Shown here: positions 10,168 to 23,029 of the stretch, one piece after another
Position numbering within the stretch: position 1 is the stretch's first letter
Layout of the letters: every line of letters starts with the position of its first letter
Source of the DNA: Sphagnum compactum
Lineage: Eukaryota
Reading direction: 5' to 3'
Assembly (NCBI GenBank): GCA_965153455.1
Contig: OZ234494.1
Coordinates: 4,898,001-4,962,000, forward strand
DNA length: 64,000 nucleotides
Made by a program: the position numbers and the translations under genes
Notes under the pieces: generated by a model
What the model was told of the DNA's origin: nothing
The model's database searches: none
Seen by the model: only the letters and a program-made list of their open reading frames with translations

Positions 10168-13100
10168 TTACATCCTCTGAATCCTCCAATGCAATTCTGC
10201 TGGCATCCTGCAAAATTGTTCAGTTTTTCAGTGACAAGAAAATTTACTAGTAATCAGAACAGATATGCTCATATACCTAAACTGCTGTTTTAAACTTGCT
10301 AGTCAAGTCTCCAATGAAGCAGTACAAAGATCACAGGTTGACATGATCATGTTCAAAGTTTTGAGAACAAGAAAACTCTAGCACGGACAGTGGGTGGCAA
10401 AAGACCCGCCTGACAAAACTCACATGTTGCTTGTAACTGTCCACTGCTCAGTGAGCTCCGATTTCTCCTCTCTTAATTCATCTTCTGGCTGCACAAGTGT
10501 GCTGGCAAGGTGGTCATTTTCCATCTCTAGCTCTTGTGGGTGCTCCTCCCGTGGAATGATGTTTGGAGACAAAACCTGGCCCCCCTCTTGGATCACTTCT
10601 TGGATCTGTTCCTGTACCACCCTCGCATCAGACAACACATTTTCTTTTTCCTCTACCAGCACAAAGACATGAGATTTCAAGGCGCTAATTTGGCCCCCAA
10701 GGTCCTGCACTAGGCTACTAGATTTCTCAAGGCTTGCCATCTCCTCTTCCAGCTGCTGCAGCTGGAGATGTGATTCTTGAAGCTCAGAATTGGACCTCTT
10801 CATTTCATCATCCAGCCTCTGAACCTGAAGACTCAGTTTCCTATTCTCTTCTGTCCTCTTTTCTCCCTCTTGCTCAAGCTTGTGAACCTTCCCAACCAGC
10901 TGGAAGTTGCCCACATGCAATATCTGCAGCAACTGTGTCACTTCATCCAACTTTGTTGCCAGTCTCAAGTTTCCCTTCTCCTCCACCAACATGAAGACAT
11001 AAGCCTTCAAGGTACTAATCTCTGCCCCCAGTTCCTTGACCAGACTACTAGATTTCACAAGACCTGCCATCTCCATTTCCAGCTGCTGCATGTGCAGGAG
11101 ATATGATTCTTCATGCTCAGAAATCAAGCTGCTTCTTTCTTCCTTCAGCCTATGAACCTCAAGCTTCAGCATTTCATTCTCTTTCTTTGTTGTTTCCATT
11201 TCTTGTTCAAGCTTCTCAAGCTTACTGACCAGCTGAGAATTGTCCACTTGCAACTTGTACAGCATCTGCATCACTTCATCCAGCTTGGTGACCAGCTGCC
11301 TCTTCTCAGCAGCAGGCCTGTGAAGCCACTGATTCAGTTCTTCAATCTCAGATGCCAGTTTACTTTTATCCCTCTCAACATTCTGTACCTGAAGCTTCAG
11401 TGCCTGTGTCTCTCCCATGAGCTGCAACCGTTCTGTATCAATAATAACCTTCTCTTGCTCCAGCTTAACAACCTCAATAGCTAGCCGTGAGTTGGTTTCC
11501 TGCAATTCCTGCAGAGAGATAGAAACAAATTCCATCAACAGCATTCTCATCTTACACCTTCATTGGCTGGCTATTCAAGTGTGCGTCAACTGCAAAATAA
11601 AACCTAAACTCGTAACTTCACACCACAGTTCACAAACTAAGACAATGTAGACTATGTCTCCTGTATCCCATCCGTACACCCCAACCCAAAAGTACCTTTG
11701 CATCACGTAGCATCTCCAGTGTTTGTGTCAACTCCTGCACCCTGGTAAGCAACTGGCCTTTGTCTTCTTGTACGTGATGTAACTGACATTCAAGATCCTG
11801 TACCTCTGCAGCAGACTTGAGCCTTTCTGTCTCTCTCTCCTCTGTAAGTATTTGAAGCTCTGATGTCAGATGAGTTTCAGAATCACGTACTTCAGACAAT
11901 TGGTTCCACGCCACTTGAAGCTTAGCTGCCAGTTCCAGTCTCTCCCCTTCCTGTTGTTCTTTTACCTCCTCCAGCTTGTCAAGTTCACCCACTAACTGTG
12001 CCTTTTCTTCCTGTAGCTCCTCAAGCATCTTGCTAAGTTCAGCAGACCTCATACCCAATTGTCTGATCTCCTCTCCTGACCTGTGTAGCTGTTCATTCAA
12101 ATCTTCGCTTACAGACTTGAGGTTTTCACTTTCTGACTGAAGTTTTGATTTCTCAGCTTCCAACTGTTCCTTCCATGTCACCTTCTCCCTAGCAATCTCC
12201 TCTTCCCTTGTTTCTCTCTCAAGCACAAGTTCAGAAACCTTTTTTCCTAATTGGACCTTGTCCATCTGCAATTCATCCAGCATTCGAGAAGTTTCAAGAG
12301 ATTGGGTGACCACAAAATCATATTTTTCTGTCAGTTCTTGCAGCTGTTGCTGAAGCTCCTGTATTTTGGCAACAAAACCAGTCAATTCTGCATCTCTCCT
12401 TCCTTGAAGCCCTGTCAGCTCTTTCATAAGAAATGTTTCACGATCATTAGCTGCCTGTAATTTCTCCCACACTGTCTGCAGCCCTGCCACCAGTTCCAAT
12501 CTCTCACCTTCCTGTCGATCTTTCTCTGCTTCCAGTTTGCCAATGTCCTTCTTCAATCGAGCATTCTCCCCCCACAACTCCTGCAGTGATTGGTTGGATT
12601 CATTTATGAGTTTCTTCTTGTCATCTCCAAGCCTCCATATCTGTTGATTCAAAGCCTCAGCTGAAGACAAAAACTCCAGCTTCTCAGACTCCAAGTTCCG
12701 AACATGTTCCTTCCACGTACCCAGCTCCTCTGCAACCTCCACGTCCCTTCTTTGTCTATCTTGAACAAGTTGGTCAACCTGACTAGCAAGCCCTCTCTTT
12801 TCACTTGCCACAGCTTCCAGTTTCTGATCCAATCGCCTCACTTCTGCAGCCACATGGACATTGTCCACACTCAAGTCCTGCACCTGCATCTGCAACTCTT
12901 GTACTTTGAATTGAAGCTCAGCCCTCTCTGCATCCAACTCTTTCAGTTCTGACACAAGACAAACATCACGTTCAGAAGCAGCCTGTAATTGTTCTTGAGC
13001 TTTCTGAAGTGCTGCTGCCTGCTGTAATGTCCTTCCCATCTCTAAGTCCTTTTCTTGCTCCAGCTTGGCTAACTCGTTGGCCAGCAACATAATCTCTTGC

Positions 13101-15532
13101 AATGCATCCTTCAGTGATTGACCGCATTCATCATTGCTGGTTACTAGCCGCTTGTTCTCCTCTTCCAACCTCTGCAGACGTTCATGTGATTTCTCTATCA
13201 CAGAGAGATACTTAAGCATCTCAACCTCCAATCTGTGGGCATGCTCCTTCCATGTCCCAAGCTCACCAGACATCTCTTCCTCCCTCTTCTCTCTCTGTTG
13301 CAACTGCATACTTAACTGTTCATTCTCATTGTTGCATTCCTTCAGCAGCTGTTGTACTGCTTGGAATCTGCTGGCTAATTTTTCATTTTCTTGTTCCAGT
13401 GTTTCTAGCTGCTGCTGAAGCTCCATCAACTGGCTTGAAGAGTTAGTTACTTCCTCATTGTCCTTCTCCTTCTGAGACGCTGCCTCTTCTGGAATTCCAA
13501 ATTTTCCACCTGCCTGTAATTGCTCTTGCACCATCTGGGACTCTGCTCCCAGTTCCAACCTCTGCACCTCCTGTTGCTCTGTTTCTTTCATGCCGGTCAC
13601 ATCTGCCAGTACACCTTCTGATACTGATTCATTTTGCCATGAGTGTTTAGATTCATTGCATGCAGTAACCCACTGTCTATTCTCCTCCTCTTCTATCCTT
13701 TGGACCCATTTGCCTAAATCATCCATCATAGACAAAGTCTTCAGCTTCTCAAGATCCAAGCTTTTAGCATGCTCCTTGCCTTGAGTTGTAATCTGCTCGT
13801 CATCCCTTCTACATCCCTCTAGTATAGCTTTGTCAACCTTGTTGCCCACCCGTACCTCTTCGATCTGCAACTGTGATGGTTGATCTACACCGTTCATGAG
13901 GCAAATACTGTCTTTTCCTAAGACTTGTGGCACCAACTTCCACACCTCTGCAGCAAATGAAGCCTTTTCATGATGTCTTTCCTCTTGAAGTCCTCTCAGT
14001 TCAGATGTAGAAAGGGCCTCACTTTCAGCAGCTGCTTGTATCTGCTCCAGAGCTGTTTGAAGCTGAGAAGCCACCAACTTTGATCTGTCCTCAAGAATGC
14101 TTTCAATCTGGTCTTTTGACTGCAGAGAAAAAGGGAAAGACATTATACCCATTAGGATGAAGCATGAGCTCTCCTTCCACAAGGTTTGAGCACCCCAGCA
14201 AAAAACAATTGAACACAACTGTGAATGAGTTCATATCAATGACCACCCACCTAAGATCTATTGTAGCAATACCTCTGATTTTGTGCAAAGTTGAACAAAG
14301 TGGGTTCATATGAGATGGGCCTCTTATCTGTGTACATGACATTGGCACAATTTCTCTTACTTGATGCAATCTACAAGTTTCAACTTTTTTCCTATATGAA
14401 GAACATCCAGTTTGGCACCCTGAGGCACCTGCCTTTGGGTCTTCCATTTCTATCGTGAGTCAATCAACCTCACTTTAGCACTAAGACCACATTACAAAAT
14501 GAGAACATCATCAATAAAAGTAGTCAAACAGGTGCAAGCTAAGGATTGAGCAGAAATCAAAACACCACCAGGAATGGCTGACGAGATTTTGGGGAGCTAT
14601 TTCTAGACTACCTCCATGCCCAAGCAGTTGCATTGTATCTCCTCAAGCCCAGCATTTGTACCATCTATTGCAGGTGATCCATCCCTGCTGTCAGTATATT
14701 CACTCCAAGAGCAGCTCAAATCCTCCTCCACTCCATCATGTATGTGATTGTACTGATGCATATTGCTATCAATTTTTCCAACCCTATCAAACATGCTCCC
14801 TTGCCATTGTGCACCCAACTGAGTGGGTTTGCCCAAAAGTGTTAGGGACACTTCCCCTCTAAGATTCCACCCATGCCTCTCATGCTCTGACTCGTATAAT
14901 ACCAGTGTTTGAGGCTCTTCATGAGAGCCTGCAGCATCTGAAGTGATATCATTCCTTGATCTTTCTTGCTCATCTTCAGAGAATGAAAGAGATCGATGGA
15001 AGTCACCATTGCTGCCAATGGACTCCCTCGTCAGTTGCAAAGAAGATAATTGAAGATTGCCAACTTCTAGTGCAAAGTCTGTGGTCAGGGTACTATTGTC
15101 TTCCTCAGTTGAGACAACTCCAGCTGAAGCAGCTTCATCACCATCTGGATCTGAAATTGAGTCACTTGTTTGATGATCTATGCTTTGTTCATCTTCAGCA
15201 GAAGCCTTTGCGGAGTTGTTGGGGCTCTCTTTTTGTTGACGCTTTTGCCGATATTCCTGAAGCTGAAGAATGCAAGAAGAGAGTAAATCCAGAAAATATC
15301 CAGAGTTTGGTAATCAATTGATTTCTTCTATGATTCCTCCTGCTTTAGCAAGTTGACAAACAATTCCACAGAAATTCCTAGAATTTTGGGGAGAGTAGGG
15401 CTAAAACTGACCACTGCTAAAACTTTTGAACATTGAATAGAAAAGACACAAGAGATGCATACGGGTTTAGATGCAACATACCCGTTTCTTGCCTGCAGCT
15501 CGAAGGTTGTCTTTATTCTTTGTCTTTTCCAT
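10168..15532 (-). CDS. Large golgin-like coiled-coil protein, ~1,400 aa, AT4G31570/TNO1-like N-terminus. Exons 15532-15482, 15262-14612, 14119-11696, 11508-10424, 10207-10168 (alternatively stop at 10420 if the last intron is retained)
   Basis: Phase-consistent GT-AG introns join MEKTKNKDNLRAAGKKR|LQEYRQKRQQK (golgin-type 'AAG-K-L--FRQK' N-terminal motif) to an acidic linker and the long E/Q/L/K heptad ORFs 11630-14218 and 10420-11550. A 5' UTR probably extends to ~17.8 kb. The 3' end is uncertain. Confidence 0.85.
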
Positions 15533-18340
15533 TGTGAAGTCAAACTATGCTGCCTTTCTTTTAGGGATTGAAATTTGATGCAAAGCTGTAACACTCGGAT
15601 GCTATTTTAAAGCACTGTTCATCGAACTCTGGCCTCAGGGCATCATGACACCACTATAATCTATTCCTGCAAATGGGAACACCCAAAAGTGGTGTATGTA
15701 GTTGAGCAACGGAACATAAGGTACTTGCCAACAATTTGTGAGATTTACACCAATCACCCTTTTGCCCAACAGACTGTTTGACCCCTTAGGTCAAAGAACA
15801 GTACCAAAGAAGACTCTCTGCTTTTCACTTCAAGATTGCCAATCCCCCACATTAATGTGTGTAAACTGCTAGGAAGAAGTCCCTCAAGGACTCTTCAGAC
15901 ATTTTGGCAACTACAAATGACAAAAAACATGCTTAGTTCCAATACAAGATTGTCAATGTGCTTCACATTTTATTGGCATTTGCACATGTGCAAAGTCTCT
16001 TGCCACAAACTCAGCAGCAGCAAAAGGATTTGTTCCAAACACAGCTAGAATGACCCAATAGCTCAAGGAAGCACCTAAATCACCATGCATACCAAACCCT
16101 AATGTTTTCCTCGCCTCAGACTCAGAAGCAACAAGAAAGTCAGTTACTGCAACATATATCATCCCCAAAATATGTGAGAAACAGCATGACTGAGTACAGA
16201 GCTTCTTCTTGACTCAAACTACAGTAGTCCAGCAGATAGGCACCAAGATGTTATCTTCAGACACCACTGGAAAACAGTCCAGATAGTAGGTCAGCTTCAA
16301 TGAAACAAACACTAGAAGGCATAAGCATTCCCTATATTATTTCAGGTTACCACAGTCTGTTACAAGCACAAGATCAGCTTTAGAAGAAAAACAAACACAT
16401 GAAAAAATTGTGTTCTAATATGGCTCTAGATGTTCCTTTGCCCACCCAAAGAAAGCCTAATCTCAAAACATGAAATTGGAACTCCAATTATCCCCATCAT
16501 GTTAGCACAGATCTATCTGTGGTCATGTACCCCTCACCAGAAACTCTCTGAATAGCCTACATCATCCCACCCATGGAAAAAAAAGAGATGTCACGAAATT
16601 TAAAAAACCACATGAACAATAATAGGACAACAAATAAATCTTTCTAATCACCGCCTAAAAGCAAGTGCAACATTAGAACCAACTTCCAAAAGACTCTTCC
16701 AAAGTGTCAAGATCTGATAGACAAAAAAAAATTGACACCCAAAAAGTTTACACAACACCAGGCAACACAAGATTGCATACAAGAATCTCAGACCCACAAA
16801 ATGGAGAACAATCTCACAGCATCACAAAGTATGAGTTCCCCCAATCCCCTTATGGGCTTGTCACAAAAACCAACAAGGCAAAATTCCTAAACAACAGGAA
16901 AAAAAAAAAAGTGTTACTCAAGCCCAGCAAAACTAAGATCATGGGCCAGAAGATTTCACGCCCTAAAACTTTGTAACGTATCTATCATCACAACAGCAAC
17001 AAAATCCTGTCAGCTCAAAGACACCCCCCGCGCTTTTCGACAGGTACCACCCAATGCACAACGTTTCAGAACAACGTCACTGCAATCGAGAGATCATCAC
17101 CACTCTGTCTGAGTAGCAAAACCAGAGAAACAACTCTTGAATAACATTCGAGAAAAATTCTCGGAATAATAATAATAGTAATAATAAAAGAAGAAGAAAC
17201 ACTTGCACGACACATAAGATCATCGCTTGAACAACGGAGAGTGTGACAAAAAGACGGCAACCAGAACCTCACGCAACAAATGTACGTATATCAATCTCTC
17301 AGACACCCAAAACCATTTTATTTTTCTTTTGAAAAAACAAGGCAAATGTCTCCTAAAACTACTAGAGAGATCGGAGCAGCTAGTACCATATCTGTGGACG
17401 ACGAAGATCATATCTTTATGTAGGTATGTATATATTGTATGTAAGTAAGTGTCACCATGATAATAAAAACATGAGAAAAATGCATCATCGTACCCAAACC
17501 AAGACCGTGATCGATGGATGGATCGATAGATCTCACACCTCTTGGAAGTTGATATCAGTCCCGTCGTCGTTGTCGTGGAGTGCAATCACAGCCGGCAACT
17601 TTGTTGGCAACCAAAAAGAAAAATTGGACCAAACTATATAACTGTATGTATGTTGGGTGAAGAAGAAGAAGAGAGAGAGAGGCAACAAGAGACAGAGACA
17701 CAAGAGTTGGATAAAAAAAAAGAAAAAGCTCAAATACTACAACAATAACAACGACAAGGCCCCATGAAAGCTCTGCACAACATTCTTCTTTCTCCTTGTT
17801 GTTGTTCTTCTTCTTCTTACACACTTGGGTTTGGGTTTGTTTGTTTGTTTGTTTGTTTATTGTGTGCGTGCGATGTAAGTGTGGTCTGGAGCGTTGGGGT
17901 CCACTCCAGTCCTCTTCCTCCTTCTCCTCCTCAATCGCAATTGCGACAATTTGGGAGTGGGAATTTCTTGGAGCTTACATTACATATGGCCTCCCTTTGA
18001 CACAAAATTTCCTCATTTTCTAAATTAGGTAGTTAATTTTCATAACCTCCAGTGCCCAGAGTCCAGAGCCCACAGTTTTCTTTTTTTTAATATATATTTT
18101 TATTATTTATTGTTTATTTATTTATTTATTTATTTATTTTCCCCGACAAGTTTTTTTGGGTCTTTCTCTTGTTGACAAAATTTTGTGATTTTTAGGATCT
18201 TTTTTTTTTTTTAATTAGTTTCGAGTAATTTTTGTGTGGGGGGGGGAGAGGAAATCGCCATTTTTAATATCAAATTTTTAAAAACAAAAAATAAAACAAA
18301 CAAGAGTATGAGTTAGAACATAGGTAGTCCTCCTCCAGAA

Positions 18341-18666
18341 CAGGGTTTTTTTTTTTTGGCCTTTTGCCTTTTTCAAATTTACCAAACTGGTGATCATCAA
18401 CAAGAAGAATTGGCCAAATTTGGCTATAGACGAGATGTGAAGGAAGAATTATTTAAGAATCCTTTCATATTTTGGCTACCTGCTGGAACCTGTTGTACAG
18501 ATCTGGTGGGTGATTTTTTAGTCCTTTTGGCAAAATCTGGCGAAATTAGGTCCATTTTTCACCCCCCAAAAAAAAAATCCTTTATATGTTGTTGAAATCA
18601 TATTTTTCAGGTACAAAAATACGAAATTTTTTTTTCAAAACCCCCCTCCCCCACAAAAGAACACTC
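18341..18666 (+). mobile_element. Short dispersed repeat (MITE-like family, copy 2)
   Basis: Starts cagggttttt and ends aagaacact. Core tggtgatcatcaacaagaagaattggccaaatttggctatag is shared with copies 1 and 3. Confidence 0.6.
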
Positions 18667-20689
18667 CAGAGTCCAAATACTACACAAATTACACTTGAAT
18701 TCCAAGTTAGGCGACACGGACGGATAGACGGAACCCACTAGGTGGACGGTTAAGTACCTGTCACTCACTCACTCCCGAAGTGGGCCCCTTTTGTAAGGGG
18801 CCCCTTCCGTGGAAGAAGAGTCATGAGGTGTGTTCGGGAGTGTGGTTCCGTTCCCGTCCGTCATCATACCGTAAAAGGTGTGAGTATTGTTTGAATTGTG
18901 TATCATTATTTTTTCGACAATTGTCAAAGTCGACCATCTTCATTATACCATGTATGTGGCGTTCTCACTCGCTCGGCTCGGCTGGGGTGGGGTTCGGCTC
19001 GGGTGGGGTTCGATCATTGATTTGCTTATGTTGTACGTTTGTTTTTTTTTTTCCCCCGAATGATCGATCGACCAACTTATGTGCTATACGTGTTCCCTCC
19101 TCTTTCTTTCTTTCTTTCTTTCTTCCTTCTCGAAGAAGTGGGCTCGACTTAGTTGCAACCGTAGCGTATCTTGTTTCTTCCTCTTTGGAAGTGGCGTCTA
19201 CATGGTTGCAATGTTTCATCTCTTGATCATTCACAAAATCATAACCGGCTCCTCCCCCCCTAGAAAATTAACGGTGTGGCGTCACCCCATTCGTGGAGAG
19301 GTCTCAGGTTACATACAACTCGTATCTGCTGCATACAGGGTTGGCCGGACACGCGCAAGGGGGTTATGTGGACACCAACAACAGCATTCATCCCAAACAT
19401 CTGAGTAGTCATCCATTACGGGCGAGTGAAATCCATCCCTATTCGTCAAGTCACCTATTATGTCTCGTAACATGGCTCAAGCAGCTCGATTATTTTTTTG
19501 ATAACCGGGCGGCTACGTAGTCCACATAACTCCTATCTTTTGTTTTCTTTTTTCTAAATCAAAGTGTTTTGAATATACAAAAAAAACATTATTACAAAAA
19601 ATGTGAGTGCAGTTCAATAGTTCCCAATGTTCAATGGACCAAAGGATGAATGCATTATTAGGTCTCCACTAGATCTCATTCGGTGAAATCAATGAATTCA
19701 CTAGAAATCCAATGAAAGCACTCAATGAACAAACAACGACTCATTTTGTTGCAATGGAAAAAATAAATGATAAGTCTATTATGAAAAAAAGAATTATTTT
19801 GAATCTTAATAATGGTAAAATCAACACAAGAATTTCCCTCTAGTAGATATTCATTGGTCGTTGAGATATTTGATTAATTACAACTTCGCAAGCAAACACA
19901 TCCAAATACCCCTAATTCAAATGGGTCAATTAAGCCATTCAATTACCCTTAATTAGCACGTTACAAATTTTTAAGTAATTGAATCAAATGGAAAAACCCC
20001 TCCCCTTAACATTTGGCTTTATTGCCTTCATGAAGGATGTATTATTTAATTAATCCTAAATTTGAATTATTTAATTTGTCTCTATGACTTTATAAAGAAT
20101 GTATTTATGCTTTCAGGGTTAATATGCTTCGATATATTTCCAAAACAAAAATGGGCTTTGGACCCATGTTGTCTGGTTCTTAATTTTCAAGACTTCCTGG
20201 TCCTTCCACCAATAAATAAATAAATAAATAATTTTAAATATAAATATAAATATCTTAGACAAATGCAGTCCTAGCTACCTACACATAGCCCAAAAGTACT
20301 TTTTTATTTTTTATTACTAGCACTCTACAACCAATTAAAACTGCCAACTTATATTGATTTGGACTTCATGTTGCTGCGCACGCACTATCACTGACGATCA
20401 ACTATTTTATTTTCCTTTTTATGTTTTCATATGGTTTTCAATAATTCATCATTATTTATGTCAATTTCAAATTTATTTAAATTAATATAAATTTCATGGA
20501 CATGAAAAAATTATATGCTAATTTGTTTTATCATATTCATGTTGATGGGTAGGAAAAAGGAGTGAGGTAATTATAAAAATGAATATAATTACTAGGAAAG
20601 GAGGGAGGTAGTTATTACGAAAGAAGGTAATTATTAAGAAAAAAAAAAAAGAGGTAGTTAAACTTGAAAATGAGGTAGTTGTTTCTCGA

Positions 20690-22180
20690 ATTGTTTTTGC
20701 AATAATTGTCTCGAGAAATTTTCTCATCACTAGAACTAAGTTATTTGCTTTCAAAGCACTAAAGTTTACATTTTTTCCAGTCTTCATTTATCGGAATCAT
20801 TTATCCTACTACCTTGGCAGCTTCAACACTTTATATCATACTATTTTCAGAAATGTTGAAGTTTTCAAAAAGAAAATTCTCAAATAACAAACAAATTTAA
20901 AGGAAACTATTGAATCTTCAAAGAATATTTTATTTATTGAAACGAAACCTCAAAATCAATTAATTATTCTACAAACATGTGTCAAAGCTCCCCAAGGTAC
21001 TTTGGTGTTCACCCATCCACAACCCTGGGTCACCACACTCTACAATTGGCATGCTAATATTGCAATATTTGTTGTGAAGCCATGAATCACATATATCTAA
21101 CCTATTGATGGTGGTTGGGCGACCAATGAAAACCTTAACTTGAGGATTGAGCACACAAATTTTGTGTGTTAACTTTAGACTTAATGAATCTAAGCTGAAA
21201 TTAGTCGAGTGGGCACGTGATTAGTGATTAACAAAATGAGGGCACTTCAACGTCACATAACTTAGAGGCCACATTCTGAGCTTAACCCATTGCTGAAAAT
21301 GTCGCTCATGTGAGAGCTCCAGCTAGCTTGTGAAAAGAAGCCTTGGGTCTTTTCTAATGGAGCATAATTAACAGTAAAACTAACAGCGGGTGTGTCACAC
21401 TGTGGCCTTGCCATTTACATTAAAAAAGTATCTTAAGGCAAAAGAAGAATTATGGAAACTCGAATATTTCACCATGCAAAAATATAATCTTCAAAAAAAT
21501 CCTCTAAAAGAGACCAAAATTCTTCAAGATCTTATTATAACTCTATAATAACTAATCTCAAGTTTCAACAACACAAGCCAAAATATCATCTTTCAAAAAT
21601 CCTCATATAAAAATAGACCTATTTATTACCTAGGAGCCAAAATCCCTTAAGCTATTATAATCTATAATGAATCTAAACACAATATCCTTGCCTATGAAGG
21701 CAAGGCCAACAAAACCCACATGAGATCCACAAAATCATTCATGGTGATTGAATCCCTCCACCATGAGACTAGAATGGATCATAGTTCCAACAGACAGCCA
21801 GCGTTGGCCGCATTCCTAATTGGCCAAAGTTCAGACAATACCGCAATTCCTTGGCAACTTCTTCAACACATGTTTGTCGAATAATAATTAATTAACTTTG
21901 AAATTTTCAATTCCAAAAATAATAAAATATTCCTGAAGATTCAATGTTTTGCTTCACCAAAAAAAAAATCTTTGAAAGAAAGTAAATGTTTGAAATTTTC
22001 AACATTTCTGCAAATAATGTAACCTGTATCAAAGCTGCCAACATATAAGTTATAGACAAGACAAATACCAAGTAGCACCAGGAAAGTATTGCATAAAGGA
22101 TTGCATGTTATTATAGTGGAAATTTTGAATTTTGACTTATTCTATAATTTTAAAAAATTGGACAATTTTATTTGCAGAGT
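20690..22180. repeat. Long degenerate inverted repeat (fold-back or long-TIR element)
   Basis: 20815-20997 (ttggcagctt...cagaaatgttgaa...attgaatcttca-agaatattttat...aattaattatt...acaaacatgtgt...ccaagg) matches the reverse complement of 21850-22042. Weaker similarity extends inward and outward. Confidence 0.75.
21388..21714 (-). mobile_element. Non-autonomous Helentron/HINE-like element, copy A
   Basis: Collinear with 35748-36040. Has sub-terminal inverted motifs GGCCTTGCC (21404) and GGCAAGGCC (21699), a hairpin CCTTGCC-tatgaa-GGCAAGG and a small terminal stem gtgt-gac-acac. Confidence 0.65.
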
Positions 22181-23029
22181 TGAATATTTCAAATTCCCTG
22201 CACTGGAGTTGAATACTTCAAATTGCACCCAATATACCTGGGAGGTACCCAAGGTTGAACTAATGCTAACAACACAAGTACCAAATCCACATTTGTATGG
22301 TCTGGTGTTTTTTATCTCCAATTATTGATTTCACGAAAGTGAACAATTTCTGTTGAAAACACACATTCACTTACATTGAAAACATGTATGTTCTAACAAA
22401 AAAAACCCTTCACAAATTAGCGAAAATCCACCACCACCGAATCAACTAGATTCAATTTTCTGACTAATAATTACCACTCTCTCACCACCAACCAACAGGA
22501 GGTGCGCGCAGCAGCTGTTTAAGTTGAAATCCTTTCAAGCTTTAACCCCCCAAAAAAGAACAAAACATGCCCATGAGCAAGCAAAAAAAAAACCAGCCCA
22601 TGAGCGAGCAAGTTCCTGAATCTTAAGGTGAAGATGGTTGGCTCCTATATATCGCCCTTTCAAAATTCAAGTATAGAGAAATGACACGGTTGTTGGTGAG
22701 TACATACATAGGAATATATGCAATCAAAGCTAGCAATTTCTGAAAATATTTTGGATAAACTTTTATGGGCTGATGCAAATGCAGTTTAAACTTTAATTCT
22801 GTCATGTCCTATTATGACCTTACAGCTCCCTTCTTCTGAACATCCTGAAACAACTCCATAGATGCCTCTTTTCTGTTCAATGATGCACTTCTTAAAACAC
22901 ATCAGAAAAACCCAGTTTGGATCGTATTCATGGCATGTGGAATTCATAGCATGTGGGAATCTCTTGACTCGGGGCTCCCAGGGAGCTCAGAGGGAGCGTG
23001 CAGAAAGTAAATAGATTGCAATCACTGTA

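Noticed and set aside
9719-15321. Plus-strand ORFs overlapping the coiled-coil gene
   Set aside because: Antisense shadows of E/Q/L/K-rich coding sequence, with no independent motifs.
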